From assembly GCA_964609855.1 (NCBI GenBank), contig CAZSTB010000009.1, positions 1 to 54,946 on the forward strand: 54,946 bases of DNA, in the 5' to 3' direction. Origin of the DNA: an uncultured Bdellovibrionales bacterium (GTDB lineage Bacteria > Patescibacteriota > Minisyncoccia > Moranbacterales > GWC2-37-73). Within the stretch, counting starts at the first letter, position 1. Each line of letters opens with the position of its first letter. Positions 26,242 to 36,367 of the stretch are shown one piece after another. A model generated the notes under the pieces. It made no database searches, was not told the origin of the DNA, and saw only the letters and a program-made list of their open reading frames with translations. Made by a program: the position numbers and the translations under genes.

Positions 26242-27489
26242 CTTGATGATGATTCGATCTTCACCGGTGTTACCAGTGAAGTTGAAAGGGTTTTCCTGAC
26301 GAGCGTTGATTGTTACCAGCACATCAGACTTTTGCGTTAAATCAAATTTCATTCCAGGTCCGGCATACATCCACGGACCGTTATCGATTTTTATCAATCG
26401 AGATCCTGGAGCAGCCGATGGAACCGGAAAATCATGTTGATTTGCCAGCACAACTCCAACCCTACCGGCAGGAGGAACGGCGATTACTTTTTCCGGGCCA
26501 TCGACTAACTGTCGGTTTATGCCGTCGAAAACAATCGTGTATTCTCCGGGCTGCAGAGTTGCGATTTTTACTGCACCGAGATTTTGCGGATCCCAGTGAT
26601 TGTACGTTATTTTTCCGGTCAAAAAAGCTTCCTCCCGAACTAGGTTTGCCAACTTCACATTGGAACCAAGATTGGTCGCCTTATAGCTGCTCTGCTTTTT
26701 CTGGCGATATTGTTCCACCGTCAAATTTTCAGCAGCTGCATCAATGACTTCCCGATACGCAAAAGGCAATTCCTGTCCCGGGTTCTGCTCCTGCCACTTG
26801 AGTGCATCACTTAGCAGCTCATTATTTATCTGCTCGCGCTGCTTTTCCCGCAAGCTGTTGATCTCGCGGACCTTGATTGCGGATGAAAGCGGCATGTATC
26901 TGACTTTTTCTTCCAGCTTGCTATAAAAGCCTAGCTGGGGGAAAAGTACAAACGTCAGACCGAGGACATATAGAATCACTGTCACAGCCACCCCAAACCT
27001 GAAAAGTTTGGTAAAAAATGCAGCGCTGCCAATTGCAACAATTACAGCCACCATAGCAATCACGATCATTGTGGTATTGCCGCCAGCAGTGTAATTAATG
27101 TACAGCGGCAGAGCCAGAAAGAGAAAAGTTTCAGCGGCAAAGATGCCGGTGATGATTCTCAAATAGAGCCGCGAAGTGTCATTGTCCAGCACACTTGTAG
27201 CCTCACTCTGCGCGGTCGGCTTTACTACGGCAACCTGCATCAACTCGAGAAGCTCTCCTGCAACATGCAGGTGAATGAACCTCTTTATGTCAAAGAGGAA
27301 GTAGGCAGAAACCAGCCACGGTCCGAGCGTAATCCAGAAAGACTTTTCCATACTCGGTCTCAGTATCATGAGCGCGAAAAAACCAACCAAGGAGCAAGCG
27401 ATGACGTAATTCAGATTAAGCCTTAGATGATCGAGTTCAACATTGACTCTGTCGTATAGCTTCTCTATCAAGTTGATTATCTTGGTCAT
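26227..27489 (-). CDS. Hypothetical multi-TM protein with C-terminal beta-rich domain
   Basis: About 5 hydrophobic helices, coiled linker, beta-rich tail; start set to ATG 27489 (SD GGGAGG, ATGA overlap with upstream stop). Confidence 0.75.
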   Translation of the reverse strand: MTKIINLIEKLYDRVNVELDHLRLNLNYVIACSLVGFFALMILRPSMEKSFWITLGPWLVSAYFLFDIKRFIHLHVAGELLELMQVAVVKPTAQSEATSVLDNDTSRLYLRIITGIFAAETFLFLALPLYINYTAGGNTTMIVIAMVAVIVAIGSAAFFTKLFRFGVAVTVILYVLGLTFVLFPQLGFYSKLEEKVRYMPLSSAIKVREINSLREKQREQINNELLSDALKWQEQNPGQELPFAYREVIDAAAENLTVEQYRQKKQSSYKATNLGSNVKLANLVREEAFLTGKITYNHWDPQNLGAVKIATLQPGEYTIVFDGINRQLVDGPEKVIAVPPAGRVGVVLANQHDFPVPSAAPGSRLIKIDNGPWMYAGPGMKFDLTQKSDVLVTINARQENPFNFTGNTGEDRIIIKRGGQ

Positions 27490-28118
27490 TTGAATAATCC
27501 TCCCAGAAATGGTATTTTTTTCCACCACAAACGTTTTTCGTATTCATCTTGAGCATCTTTAAGGTTTTTACTAACCATACTATCAAGCTTTTTGACTGGT
27601 GCCTTAATGACTTTGCCAACTTTTAGCGTCGGCAAAGATGCCATGGTGGTTTTTAAAGTCTTCCTTACAGTATCCATGGAAAAAGTCTGGTCATGCATCG
27701 CGCCCGCAACTTGGATTGCCGCAAAGACCTCAACCTCGGTTGCACAGGTTTCCGCAAGCTTTTCAATTATGGTTATTCCCGGCCGAGGCGTAAGTCCTTC
27801 CACTTTGTCACGGATGGTGACGATAATACGAAAATGTCTGGCGCTGTTGGTATCATTAGCCGCATCGTGCCGTTCTGCCAATTCAATACCGCCCATAATC
27901 ATTTTGCGCTTCCCGTCGTCGATGTTTGCTTCCGACAAATCCAGGAAGAAAAAGTGCTCATCCTCCCAACCCTTGGAATTAATGATTTCCTTGAGTTTTT
28001 CCTTTGAAACTTCCTTTACGTTGTCAAAAAGAAGCCCCTTCAGTAGTCCCCAGATCTTTCCCAGCGAATTCATGAGCACCTGCTCACCAGCTGCTTCCAA
28101 GAGAAATTTCCCAATCAT
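27486..28118 (-). CDS. Hypothetical protein
   Basis: 210-aa ORF with SD AAGGGGAGGT; translationally coupled to the downstream gene. Confidence 0.75.
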   Translation of the reverse strand: MIGKFLLEAAGEQVLMNSLGKIWGLLKGLLFDNVKEVSKEKLKEIINSKGWEDEHFFFLDLSEANIDDGKRKMIMGGIELAERHDAANDTNSARHFRIIVTIRDKVEGLTPRPGITIIEKLAETCATEVEVFAAIQVAGAMHDQTFSMDTVRKTLKTTMASLPTLKVGKVIKAPVKKLDSMVSKNLKDAQDEYEKRLWWKKIPFLGGLFK

Positions 28119-28143
28119 AATTACCTCCCCTTTTAAGTTTATA

Positions 28144-28234
28144 TTGTCAAAGAGCCTCTATAAAGCCCTTTTTGGCTTTATCACAGGACCATCCTGTAAT
28201 AATTAATATTAGCACAAAATAGCAAAAATGTCAA
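28144..28234 (-). promoter_or_regulatory. Promoter, two hairpins and boxA-like antitermination site
   Basis: TTGACA-17nt-TAATAT; ATTACAGGA-tgg-TCCTGTGAT; ATAAAGCC/GGCTTTAT; GCTCTTTGACAA (rrn boxA consensus TGCTCTTTAACA). Confidence 0.6.
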
Positions 28235-28389
28235 TAGCTGAAAGTAAATTCTTACCCTCACTATCCCCTTACGAAAACGAGAGAAATCTGCTATAATTTA
28301 CACAAGTCATGGCGAATTTATCTCAATATTTTCTTAAAAGAATTTTGAAATATTTTCGGGATGAATTTTCATATTCTTAAAAAATAAAA

Positions 28390-29958
28390 ATGAAAACAAA
28401 ACAAAAATATCTCCTCTTTGGAATCCTGATCGCAATTTTATTTGCCGCTTTCGCGCTGCGTATCTTCAACATTGAAAACTTGCCTGCCGGAATCTATCCA
28501 GATGAAGCTCAAAACGGCACGGATGCGCTACAAGCAATCGCAACAGGCGAATATAAACTTTTTTATGAGCCTAATTATGGCAGAGAAGGATTGTTCATAA
28601 ACTTGCAAGCGCTTTCCATCAACATTCTCGGAAACACAACACTTGCACTCAAACTTTGGTCTGTGATTTTTGGAACACTTACGGTGCTCGGCGTTTTTCT
28701 CCTCTCCAAGGAAGTTTTCAGGAGCCATATTGCTGGACTTGTCAGTGCGTATCTAATCGCCTTTTCTTACTGGGCGATAAATTTTTCGCGCATCGGTTTC
28801 CGCGCAATCATGGTTCCTTTCATTTTGTCTTTCGCTTTCTATTTTATTCTCAAAGGATTAAGGACGAGGAAGTTTCATGATTTTCTGATTGCCGGTCTCA
28901 TTTACGGACTCGGTCTGCATACCTACATTGCCTTTCGCGTCTCACCATTGGTTTTAATTGTACTTTTTGCATCCCTCCTGATTACCCGCAAACATTTTCT
29001 CAAGGAATACTGGAAACATGTGCTTGTTTTTATTATTGCGATGTTCATCACGGCAGCGCCAATGCTTTTGGATTTTTTCTTAATCAATCCGCATCATTAC
29101 GCTTCGCGCACCGGAGCAATTTCCGTGTTCAATCCTGAATCCAACCAAGGCAAACTGCTTGCAACTATCGGAAAAACTTTCAGCCTGAGCATCCAGAAAT
29201 ATTTTGGCATGGGCGATCTTAATATGAGACATAATTATCCGCCTTATGCCCTACTTAATCCCATTGTCGGCGTTGCATTTCTGATCGGTTTAATTTATAT
29301 CTTTTCAAACTTTTTCAAATTGCTTTGGCTGCGCTTCAAAAAAGATTTACGTTCAGAAAAAATGGACATGTACGCTCTTCTACTGGCCTGGTTTTTTGCG
29401 CTGCTGATTCCAGAATTTCTTGCCAATGAAGGGAACCCGCATGCGCTGCGCGCTATCGGCACGCTGCCGGTTGTGATTTTAATTGCAACCATACCTTTTC
29501 TTTGGATATTGGAAAAATATCATTCTTTTGGACACTCCTTTAGGATTTTTACAATCTCCATGCTAGTTGCCGCTTTTGTATTCATCGGACTTGCTGATCC
29601 AATAAAATATTTCGTATATTTCGCCAACAGTCCGAAGCAGCATGAAGTTTTCAACGCGCATCTGAAAGAAATCTCCAGCTACATCCGCGCGCTGCCACAA
29701 ACAACCGAAAAATATATCATTATCGGAAGCATGGAAAGGCTGACGATTAAATATCTGAATCCAAATCTACCGAACACCTTTTATGTTTATCCTGATCAAA
29801 TAGATACTATTTCTCCGAGCGATTCCAGCACCGCAATCTACATCATTTCAGGCAGAAATTATCCTGCAGTTGATGCGCTTGCAAAAAAATTCCCGAACCT
29901 GAAATTTGCTGAACATAAAAATGATTTTGGCGACATTTTCCTGACAATGTCGAATTAG
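28390..29958 (+). CDS. ArnT/PMT-like (GT-C) membrane glycosyltransferase
   Basis: LRIF...PAGIYPDEA loop after TM1; FSRIGFRA; many TM helices. Confidence 0.85.
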   Translation: MKTKQKYLLFGILIAILFAAFALRIFNIENLPAGIYPDEAQNGTDALQAIATGEYKLFYEPNYGREGLFINLQALSINILGNTTLALKLWSVIFGTLTVLGVFLLSKEVFRSHIAGLVSAYLIAFSYWAINFSRIGFRAIMVPFILSFAFYFILKGLRTRKFHDFLIAGLIYGLGLHTYIAFRVSPLVLIVLFASLLITRKHFLKEYWKHVLVFIIAMFITAAPMLLDFFLINPHHYASRTGAISVFNPESNQGKLLATIGKTFSLSIQKYFGMGDLNMRHNYPPYALLNPIVGVAFLIGLIYIFSNFFKLLWLRFKKDLRSEKMDMYALLLAWFFALLIPEFLANEGNPHALRAIGTLPVVILIATIPFLWILEKYHSFGHSFRIFTISMLVAAFVFIGLADPIKYFVYFANSPKQHEVFNAHLKEISSYIRALPQTTEKYIIIGSMERLTIKYLNPNLPNTFYVYPDQIDTISPSDSSTAIYIISGRNYPAVDALAKKFPNLKFAEHKNDFGDIFLTMSN

Positions 29959-30000
29959 AAAATTAAGCCAATAGCAAAAATAAACAATTAACATAAAAAA

Positions 30001-31845
30001 ATGGAAGATTTTCTCAAAAAGCATCACAAAATTATTGTTGCACTCATAATGACGTTTTTCATCAGCGTATCATTATTGAATGCGAAAAATGACAGCGCAA
30101 CATTTGATGAGGTTGCACACATTCCTGCCGGATATTCTTATGTTACTCAGCATGACATGCGACTCAACCCAGAGCACCCACCACTACTTAAAGACCTAGT
30201 TGGAATTCCACTGGCTTTTTTAGATTTAAATTTTGATACTTCTCAAAAATTTTGGACCGGAGATTATCCACGTCTTTGGGATGATGGCCAATGGTTTGCA
30301 GGAAAACATCTACTCTACGAAGCCGGGAATAATCCCGACCAGATTCTTTTTTGGGCGCGTCTGCCGATTATAATTATTTCAGTAATTTTAGGATTATTTC
30401 TTTTCATGTGGGGCAAGGAAATTGCCGGGATTCTCGGAGGTTTGTTCATTCTGACGATCTATGCATTTGACCCGAACATTCTTGGGCACAATCATTACGT
30501 TACAACTGACATCGGAATTGCAGCCTTTTTAACTTTTGCTTTTTACTACTTCTTAAAGTTTATCAAAAACCCCAGCTGGAAAAATGTCGCCTTGGGAGGA
30601 TTTTTCCTTGGCTTGGTTAATCTGACCAAGTTCTCATCCATCATGGCTTATCCGATCTTAGGACTTACCTTGCTAATTTATCCGCTGATAAAAAAAGTTT
30701 CTCACGACAAAGCTGCAATCAAGAAATCTTTGCGTCTGAAAATATTTTTCGAATATTTCAGCAAAGGAATCGCAGCGATGGCACTTTCACTGTTTGTCGT
30801 CTGGGTTGGATATGCGGTCAACACTTATAAGATGCCGAAAGAAGTCATCGACAAGCAAATCAACTTCTCTTTCCCCGTCAATGACTACAACCCGCTCAGT
30901 ATTCGCACCAATCAAGCACTTACATCTTTAAATTCAGCGCAGCTAACCAGACCTTTTGCGGAATACGCTTTGGGTGTGGCAATGGTATTCAAGCGCGTGG
31001 CGGGCGGAAATGGCGCCTACTTTCTTGGCAATGTGACCAGTGAAGCCTCTAAAATTTATTTTCCCTTTGTCTTTGTTGCCAAGGAAACGATTCCTATGCT
31101 TAGTTTAATGCTCTTAGCGATAGGTTTATCACTTACTGAAGCAGCAAAATCAATCAAACAAAGCATCAAAGACAAAAACGCCAAGAAAGTTTTTGCAGCT
31201 TTCCTGCAAAAAAGAGTCACGCGCTATGTCGCGGCTAGCTTTATCGTTCTTTATGCATTTTTAAGCATCACCGGTAATTTAAATATCGGCTTTCGCCACC
31301 TGTTTCCAATTTTACCCTTTATTTACATCCTGATAACGAAAAAAGTTTTCGATCTTTTCAAAGGTAAGCATTATTTCACCCAGCAATCATTGAAATGGGG
31401 CTTCACGATCTTGATTGCTTGGATCGTCATTATTCCTGTCTTGAGCTATCCGAACTACACATCATATTTCAATGAATCTGTCGGGGGCAGCAAGAATGGA
31501 TACAAATATGTCACGGATTCTAATACTGATTGGGGTCAAGACCTGAAAAGATTGAAATCTTTTCTTGATGAGCATCCTGAAATAGACAAAATCCGCACTG
31601 ATTATTTCGGCGGCGGAAATCCCGAGTATTACCTTGGCGAAAAATTTACCCCATGGTGGGATGCTAGACGTCCGGTTGAAGCTGGCTGGTATGCGATTTC
31701 AGTAAATTCATTGCAAACCAGTATCTACGACAAAGCGAATAAGAATTATGCTAACAATTACGCTTGGACCAAAGCTTACGAGCCTACAGCTATGATTGGT
31801 AGTTCGATTATGATTTTTAACATCGAAACGCCGCCAGTGAAATAG
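30001..31845 (+). CDS. ArnT/PMT-like (GT-C) membrane glycosyltransferase
   Basis: SATFDEVAH, NPEHPPL, VTTD, NIGFRH, DSNTDWGQDL motifs; multi-TM. Confidence 0.85.
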   Translation: MEDFLKKHHKIIVALIMTFFISVSLLNAKNDSATFDEVAHIPAGYSYVTQHDMRLNPEHPPLLKDLVGIPLAFLDLNFDTSQKFWTGDYPRLWDDGQWFAGKHLLYEAGNNPDQILFWARLPIIIISVILGLFLFMWGKEIAGILGGLFILTIYAFDPNILGHNHYVTTDIGIAAFLTFAFYYFLKFIKNPSWKNVALGGFFLGLVNLTKFSSIMAYPILGLTLLIYPLIKKVSHDKAAIKKSLRLKIFFEYFSKGIAAMALSLFVVWVGYAVNTYKMPKEVIDKQINFSFPVNDYNPLSIRTNQALTSLNSAQLTRPFAEYALGVAMVFKRVAGGNGAYFLGNVTSEASKIYFPFVFVAKETIPMLSLMLLAIGLSLTEAAKSIKQSIKDKNAKKVFAAFLQKRVTRYVAASFIVLYAFLSITGNLNIGFRHLFPILPFIYILITKKVFDLFKGKHYFTQQSLKWGFTILIAWIVIIPVLSYPNYTSYFNESVGGSKNGYKYVTDSNTDWGQDLKRLKSFLDEHPEIDKIRTDYFGGGNPEYYLGEKFTPWWDARRPVEAGWYAISVNSLQTSIYDKANKNYANNYAWTKAYEPTAMIGSSIMIFNIETPPVK

Positions 31846-31871
31846 CTCACAGCTTTCGACTTGGCAAAATA

Positions 31872-31908
31872 ATAAAAACGCTTAGCGAGAAGCTGAGCGT
31901 TTTTTATT
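31872..31908. terminator. Bidirectional terminator
   Basis: AAAAACGCTTAGC-gagaa-GCTGAGCGTTTTT between convergent genes. Confidence 0.8.
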
Positions 31909-31924
31909 GGCTCTTATTTTCCTT

Positions 31925-32824
31925 TTAATTCTGCTGAGCCTTATTTTCATCTCCTTTTTCAGTAACTTGATCCCCGGGCTGATTTTTAAATTTATAAAAA
32001 GCTTTATTCTCAGAACGTAGGTCGATATAATCAAGCTCTGATCTTTTTTCAACAGGAATTTCCTTTTTTAAGATAATGCCCAAGGTACGCATAGCATTCT
32101 CCAGGGCGAATTGCGTCGACAGTTGCAACCTCGTCCCATCCGGCGTAGCAGCATCGATTTCTTCAGCCATGCGGGACGGTGTTGTATATTCGTTTCCTAA
32201 TTCCATTCCCTGCTCTTTTGCAGCATCATGAATATGTAGTAAATATTTTTCGTATCCATCATTTAAAACTTTTTCACCGATACTTACATTACCGCGGCTT
32301 AAATCACTTATTTTAATCAGATTATTTTCAATGATTTCCTGAGAGCCAAAATTAGCTGCACTGTAAGCGACACCTCCATCATCAATCAGAAAGCAATTTT
32401 CTCCACTACACCAAACAAGTAAAGCTTTTCTTTCATCAATAATTACCTCAAGCGAACCTGGAAATTTTTTTTCCACCCTCACCTGACGGATTTTCTTATA
32501 GCTTTCTTTTAAAATTCTTTCAATTCGAGAGCTGGAAATGAATAAGAAATTATCCCTGGGAAAAATTCCAAGATATGCACCCTGAAAAGGACCCTCTAGC
32601 ACCTGCATTATTCTGACTTGCTCCAGCTCACGAGTTCCATCAATTTTAATATCCGTTATTTTTAAATACGATGAAAAAAATAATATAAAAATTGTTACGC
32701 CAAAAAATGCGAGAAGCAAGATATAAAAAATTAAGCGAGAAAGCATTTTTGATTTGGAGCTTATTTTCTTTCCACAATCCGCTCCTGTACAATTTTTGAT
32801 GTATTTTTTGTTTGATTTTGACAT
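31925..32824 (-). CDS. ftsQ: FtsQ/DivIB-like POTRA-domain cell division protein
   Basis: Basic N-terminus, single TM, KITDIKIDG...VEKKFPGSLEVIIDER POTRA domain, C-terminal YIDLR. Confidence 0.8.
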   Translation of the reverse strand: MSKSNKKYIKNCTGADCGKKISSKSKMLSRLIFYILLLAFFGVTIFILFFSSYLKITDIKIDGTRELEQVRIMQVLEGPFQGAYLGIFPRDNFLFISSSRIERILKESYKKIRQVRVEKKFPGSLEVIIDERKALLVWCSGENCFLIDDGGVAYSAANFGSQEIIENNLIKISDLSRGNVSIGEKVLNDGYEKYLLHIHDAAKEQGMELGNEYTTPSRMAEEIDAATPDGTRLQLSTQFALENAMRTLGIILKKEIPVEKRSELDYIDLRSENKAFYKFKNQPGDQVTEKGDENKAQQN

Positions 32825-32901
32825 AAAAATGCGAGAGGAAAATTTTTTTTCTTTTTCTATTTCAATTATAAATTCAATATCAGAAACTGTTCGGAAAAGA
32901 T

Positions 32902-33792
32902 TTATAAATCCATGAACAGCGTTTCTAAGATCAGCTTACTGTTAGCATTAGTGCGCTTCAGCACCTGCATACTTTTTTGAATTTTTTCGATTTTTACAAA
33001 AATTTGAGCGCGCTCTGCTTCTTGGCAATCCGCAGCAAGCGCTTTTTTTCTAAGCTCCCAAGTCCAGGCATTTAATTTTTGAAGCGTATCGACAATATCT
33101 TTTGAAAATTCATCTGCCAAAGAAAAACGCTCATTCAGCGAACCGGAAAGAATCTTAGAAAGTTGAATCCTCGCTTCAAGCTTTAATTCACGCTCATCAA
33201 CTTTCTCATACATATTTTGAGCAAAGCCTGGCCTACCGATTGAAAACTCCGTAGTTTGCCTGAACGTTGGCTCAGCCATCATTTCTTTTTCATCTGCAAG
33301 GCCAAAATTCACCATTTGGCAGCGCGAAATAATCGTAGGTAGAATGCGGTCAATCTCATGCGTCACTAAAATTAATATTGTCGTAGGATTAGGTTCCTCA
33401 AGAATTTTCAAAAGTCCGTTTTGTGCAGCCGAATTCATTCTGTGCGCATCTCGCACGATGAGAATCTTATATTTTCCATGATATGGAAAAAGACTCAATT
33501 TCTGTTTTGCCTCCCTGACAGTTTCGATGGGGATATCCCGCTGCTTGGAAATATTGTTTTTTTCCACAATTTCAGGTTCCAGCACAATCAAATCTAATAA
33601 AGCATCCTTATTAAAATCCTTAATTTCTAAATTCAAATCAGCTGAAGCTATTAGTGAAAGTGCGAACATTTTCGCCAGCGTGAACTTTCCTACACTTTCT
33701 GGTCCGGAAAAAATATACGCGTGGTTAATAACGCCCCGTTTAATGGAACGCTCGAGCATAGATGTCACTTTTTTATTTCCGATAAAATTCAT
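32902..33792 (-). CDS. holB: DNA polymerase III delta' subunit
   Basis: HAYIFSGPESVGK, AQNGLLKILEEP, LPTIISRC. Confidence 0.88.
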   Translation of the reverse strand: MNFIGNKKVTSMLERSIKRGVINHAYIFSGPESVGKFTLAKMFALSLIASADLNLEIKDFNKDALLDLIVLEPEIVEKNNISKQRDIPIETVREAKQKLSLFPYHGKYKILIVRDAHRMNSAAQNGLLKILEEPNPTTILILVTHEIDRILPTIISRCQMVNFGLADEKEMMAEPTFRQTTEFSIGRPGFAQNMYEKVDERELKLEARIQLSKILSGSLNERFSLADEFSKDIVDTLQKLNAWTWELRKKALAADCQEAERAQIFVKIEKIQKSMQVLKRTNANSKLILETLFMDL

Positions 33793-33812
33793 GCGCTAAG
33801 ATTGAGATAAAT

Positions 33813-34949
33813 TTATTGATTGATAACGCCATTAACATATTCGCTGAATTCCTGCTTGAATCTTTCCTTGGAAAATTGTGAAGCGTGACTTTTTATTTTC
33901 TCCTTATCATAACTGTTCCTGTTTAGCATCAGCCTGCGAACACCATCAGCTAAGACTTCCGGGGTTTGAGCGTCGAAAAACTCTCCCGTTACACCCTCTT
34001 CGATCGTTTCCATGGCGCCACCTTTGCGATATGCCAACACCGGAATGCCCGCACTCATCGCCTCTATTGGCGCAATTCCAAAATCATCTTCTGCTGGAAA
34101 AATAAAAGCTGTCGCATCTTGGAGATAACGCTCTACTACTTCGTCATTTTTCCATCCCAAGATTTTAATATTTTCTTTTGCAATTTTTTTCAGATACTTT
34201 TCCTGTTCGCCTGTACCAATTACAACCAATGGCAAGCCAAGCTTATTGAAAGCTTCGACGACAAGCGCGACTTTTTTATAAGCTGAGAGACGGGAAACGA
34301 CCAGGAAGTAATCAGCAATCGGCAATTGGTCAGCCTTTTTTTCAAGTGATGACTGCTGATTGGCAATTGGCAACTTTTCTACCGGTGGAAATATGATCTT
34401 ACTTTCGCGTCTGTAATATTTTGCGATGCGTTTTTGTGTGTAACGGGAGTTTGCGATCAGAAAATCCGGACGATCAGCTGCTAACTTGTCCCAGATTCGC
34501 AGATAATTAAGCACGAACCTGATAAAAATTGAAGGATTTTTCTTTTTCTCTTTTAAATATAACTCATTATAATCCCAGACAAAACGCATCGGAGAATGCA
34601 AATACGCCACATGTGTGGTGTGCAGTTTTGTTACGATTCCTTTTGACCAGGCGCCGGACGAGGAGATAACCAAATCAAATTCCCTCAAATCGAAAGTCTC
34701 AGGAATTACCGGAAAAAACGGCAAAAGCCAGCGATAATTTTGTTTAAGAAATTTTGGCAACTTATCCAGGTAAGATACTCGAACATCCTTAGCTGCAAAG
34801 ATTTCTCCCATTTTCTCCTTATCGTAAAGCAAGGTGTAAATTGGCGCCTCAGGATACATCTCACTCAATACTTTCAAGACACGCTCAGCGCCTCCAGCAT
34901 TCACCATAAAATCATGCACTATGGCAATTTTCATTTTTTTCTCCATCAC
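33813..34949 (-). CDS. GT4 family glycosyltransferase
   Basis: KIAIVHD..GGAERV, SRLSAYK, EDDFGIAPIEA. Confidence 0.92.
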   Translation of the reverse strand: MMEKKMKIAIVHDFMVNAGGAERVLKVLSEMYPEAPIYTLLYDKEKMGEIFAAKDVRVSYLDKLPKFLKQNYRWLLPFFPVIPETFDLREFDLVISSSGAWSKGIVTKLHTTHVAYLHSPMRFVWDYNELYLKEKKKNPSIFIRFVLNYLRIWDKLAADRPDFLIANSRYTQKRIAKYYRRESKIIFPPVEKLPIANQQSSLEKKADQLPIADYFLVVSRLSAYKKVALVVEAFNKLGLPLVVIGTGEQEKYLKKIAKENIKILGWKNDEVVERYLQDATAFIFPAEDDFGIAPIEAMSAGIPVLAYRKGGAMETIEEGVTGEFFDAQTPEVLADGVRRLMLNRNSYDKEKIKSHASQFSKERFKQEFSEYVNGVINQ

Positions 34950-34984
34950 TATTTTCTCTAGGATCTTATTTCAATAAAAAAGAC

Positions 34985-36292
34985 TCAGGCTATTCCATTA
35001 ATTTCATGAGCAATTTCATTTGCACATTTATCCCAACTAAACCTCCGGATATTCTTCAGGCCTTTCGTTATTATAGCATTTTTTAAATCTTCTTCCGAGA
35101 GCAAACGATAAATATTTTTTGAAATATCTTGAGGATCCTTATGGTCGACTAACAATGCTGATAGCTCATCACAACTACTCACTTCGTCGCAATCGCAAAC
35201 AACTTCTGGAATAGAAGAATTATCAGAAGCTACAACGGGACAACTGACACTTTGCGCCTCCAAGATAGGTATACCGAAACCCTCATATTGCGTAGGAAAA
35301 AGAAACACCTCAGCTTTTTTTAAGAGTTCCCATTTTTTCTGCTCGCTAATATACCCTAGTTCATAAATGTCTTCTTTGAACTTCGAGTTTAAAATTTCTT
35401 GCCGAATATCAGCGTAACCGTAGCCGGGCCTGCCAGCCAATACCAGTTTATGCTGAATATCATACTTCTCCTTGAGTATCTCAAAAGCCTTTACGATATT
35501 ACCAATATTTTTACGCTGCTCAATCCTACCTATAAAAAGTAGGAATTTTGAATTTTGCTCATTGAATTCTGTAGGGCCTTTAGATATAAGCTCCGACGGA
35601 AACTCTAACACATTGCTTTTTAAAGTTTTCTTATCAATGTTTGATTCTGAATTCGAAATTAGAAATTCAAAATTTTCCTCGTAACCCTCATATATAACTG
35701 TGATTTTCTCTTCCGGAACATCATAAAGCCTCATCAGGTCTCTCTTGGTGTTTTTGGAAACGGAAATAATCTTGCTGGCCCATTTGCAAGATTTCTTGAT
35801 AGTCCAGCGCATATATAGGCGCGCTGCCCATGAGTATGCCTGGGGACAAAATTCATATTCCAAACCATGCACTACCACAATGGTATTTTTCGATACGCCT
35901 GCAAGGCTATGCGCATAATTCCAATCTTCCTCACTGTTAAAGAATTTTCTGATCCACCATATCACAGCATTATTAAATAATGGTGAAGCATTGCGGGCAG
36001 GATGAATAATTGGCACCGTATGTGCAGGCACTAGCAAAGCATCAACAGGCCTAAGTAGTAATTCTAGAGATAAGCCTAGCTGCGTCCAAAATCTTGGCCA
36101 CTTGATAATTTTTATTTTCCAATTTTCAGGAAGATCAAAATCAACCGCCTGGTTTGGACGCAAATACAAAACAACTCGAGTCTGCTGATCAGCGAGCTTA
36201 TTTCGCAGGTGTTTGATTATCTGATATGAATATTCTTCGATACCAGTCCTATTTTTCAAAAACGCTCTGGACGCGTCAATACCTATAAACAT
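34985..36292 (-). CDS. GT4 family glycosyltransferase with several insertions
   Basis: IGIDAS..RTGIEEY, GRIEQRKN, YEGFGIPILEA. Confidence 0.92.
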   Translation of the reverse strand: MFIGIDASRAFLKNRTGIEEYSYQIIKHLRNKLADQQTRVVLYLRPNQAVDFDLPENWKIKIIKWPRFWTQLGLSLELLLRPVDALLVPAHTVPIIHPARNASPLFNNAVIWWIRKFFNSEEDWNYAHSLAGVSKNTIVVVHGLEYEFCPQAYSWAARLYMRWTIKKSCKWASKIISVSKNTKRDLMRLYDVPEEKITVIYEGYEENFEFLISNSESNIDKKTLKSNVLEFPSELISKGPTEFNEQNSKFLLFIGRIEQRKNIGNIVKAFEILKEKYDIQHKLVLAGRPGYGYADIRQEILNSKFKEDIYELGYISEQKKWELLKKAEVFLFPTQYEGFGIPILEAQSVSCPVVASDNSSIPEVVCDCDEVSSCDELSALLVDHKDPQDISKNIYRLLSEEDLKNAIITKGLKNIRRFSWDKCANEIAHEINGIA

Positions 36293-36367
36293 TAGCTTTT
36301 TAGCTTATTAGGCATTAGCTTTTTAGAAAAATCTAAGAAGCTGAAAAGCTAAGACCTAAAGCCTAAT
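36291..36367. repeat. Palindrome built from 7/8-nt TTAGC(TT)-type units
   Basis: ttagcttt ttagctta ttaggca ttagcttt ttag-aaaaat-ctaa gaagctga aaagctaa gacctaa agcctaa. Confidence 0.75.

Noticed and set aside
34985-34987. UGA recoding (genetic code 25, as in Gracilibacteria/Absconditabacteria)
   Set aside because: Conserved genes are full length under code 11 and TGA ends genes at expected positions (34985, 27486)
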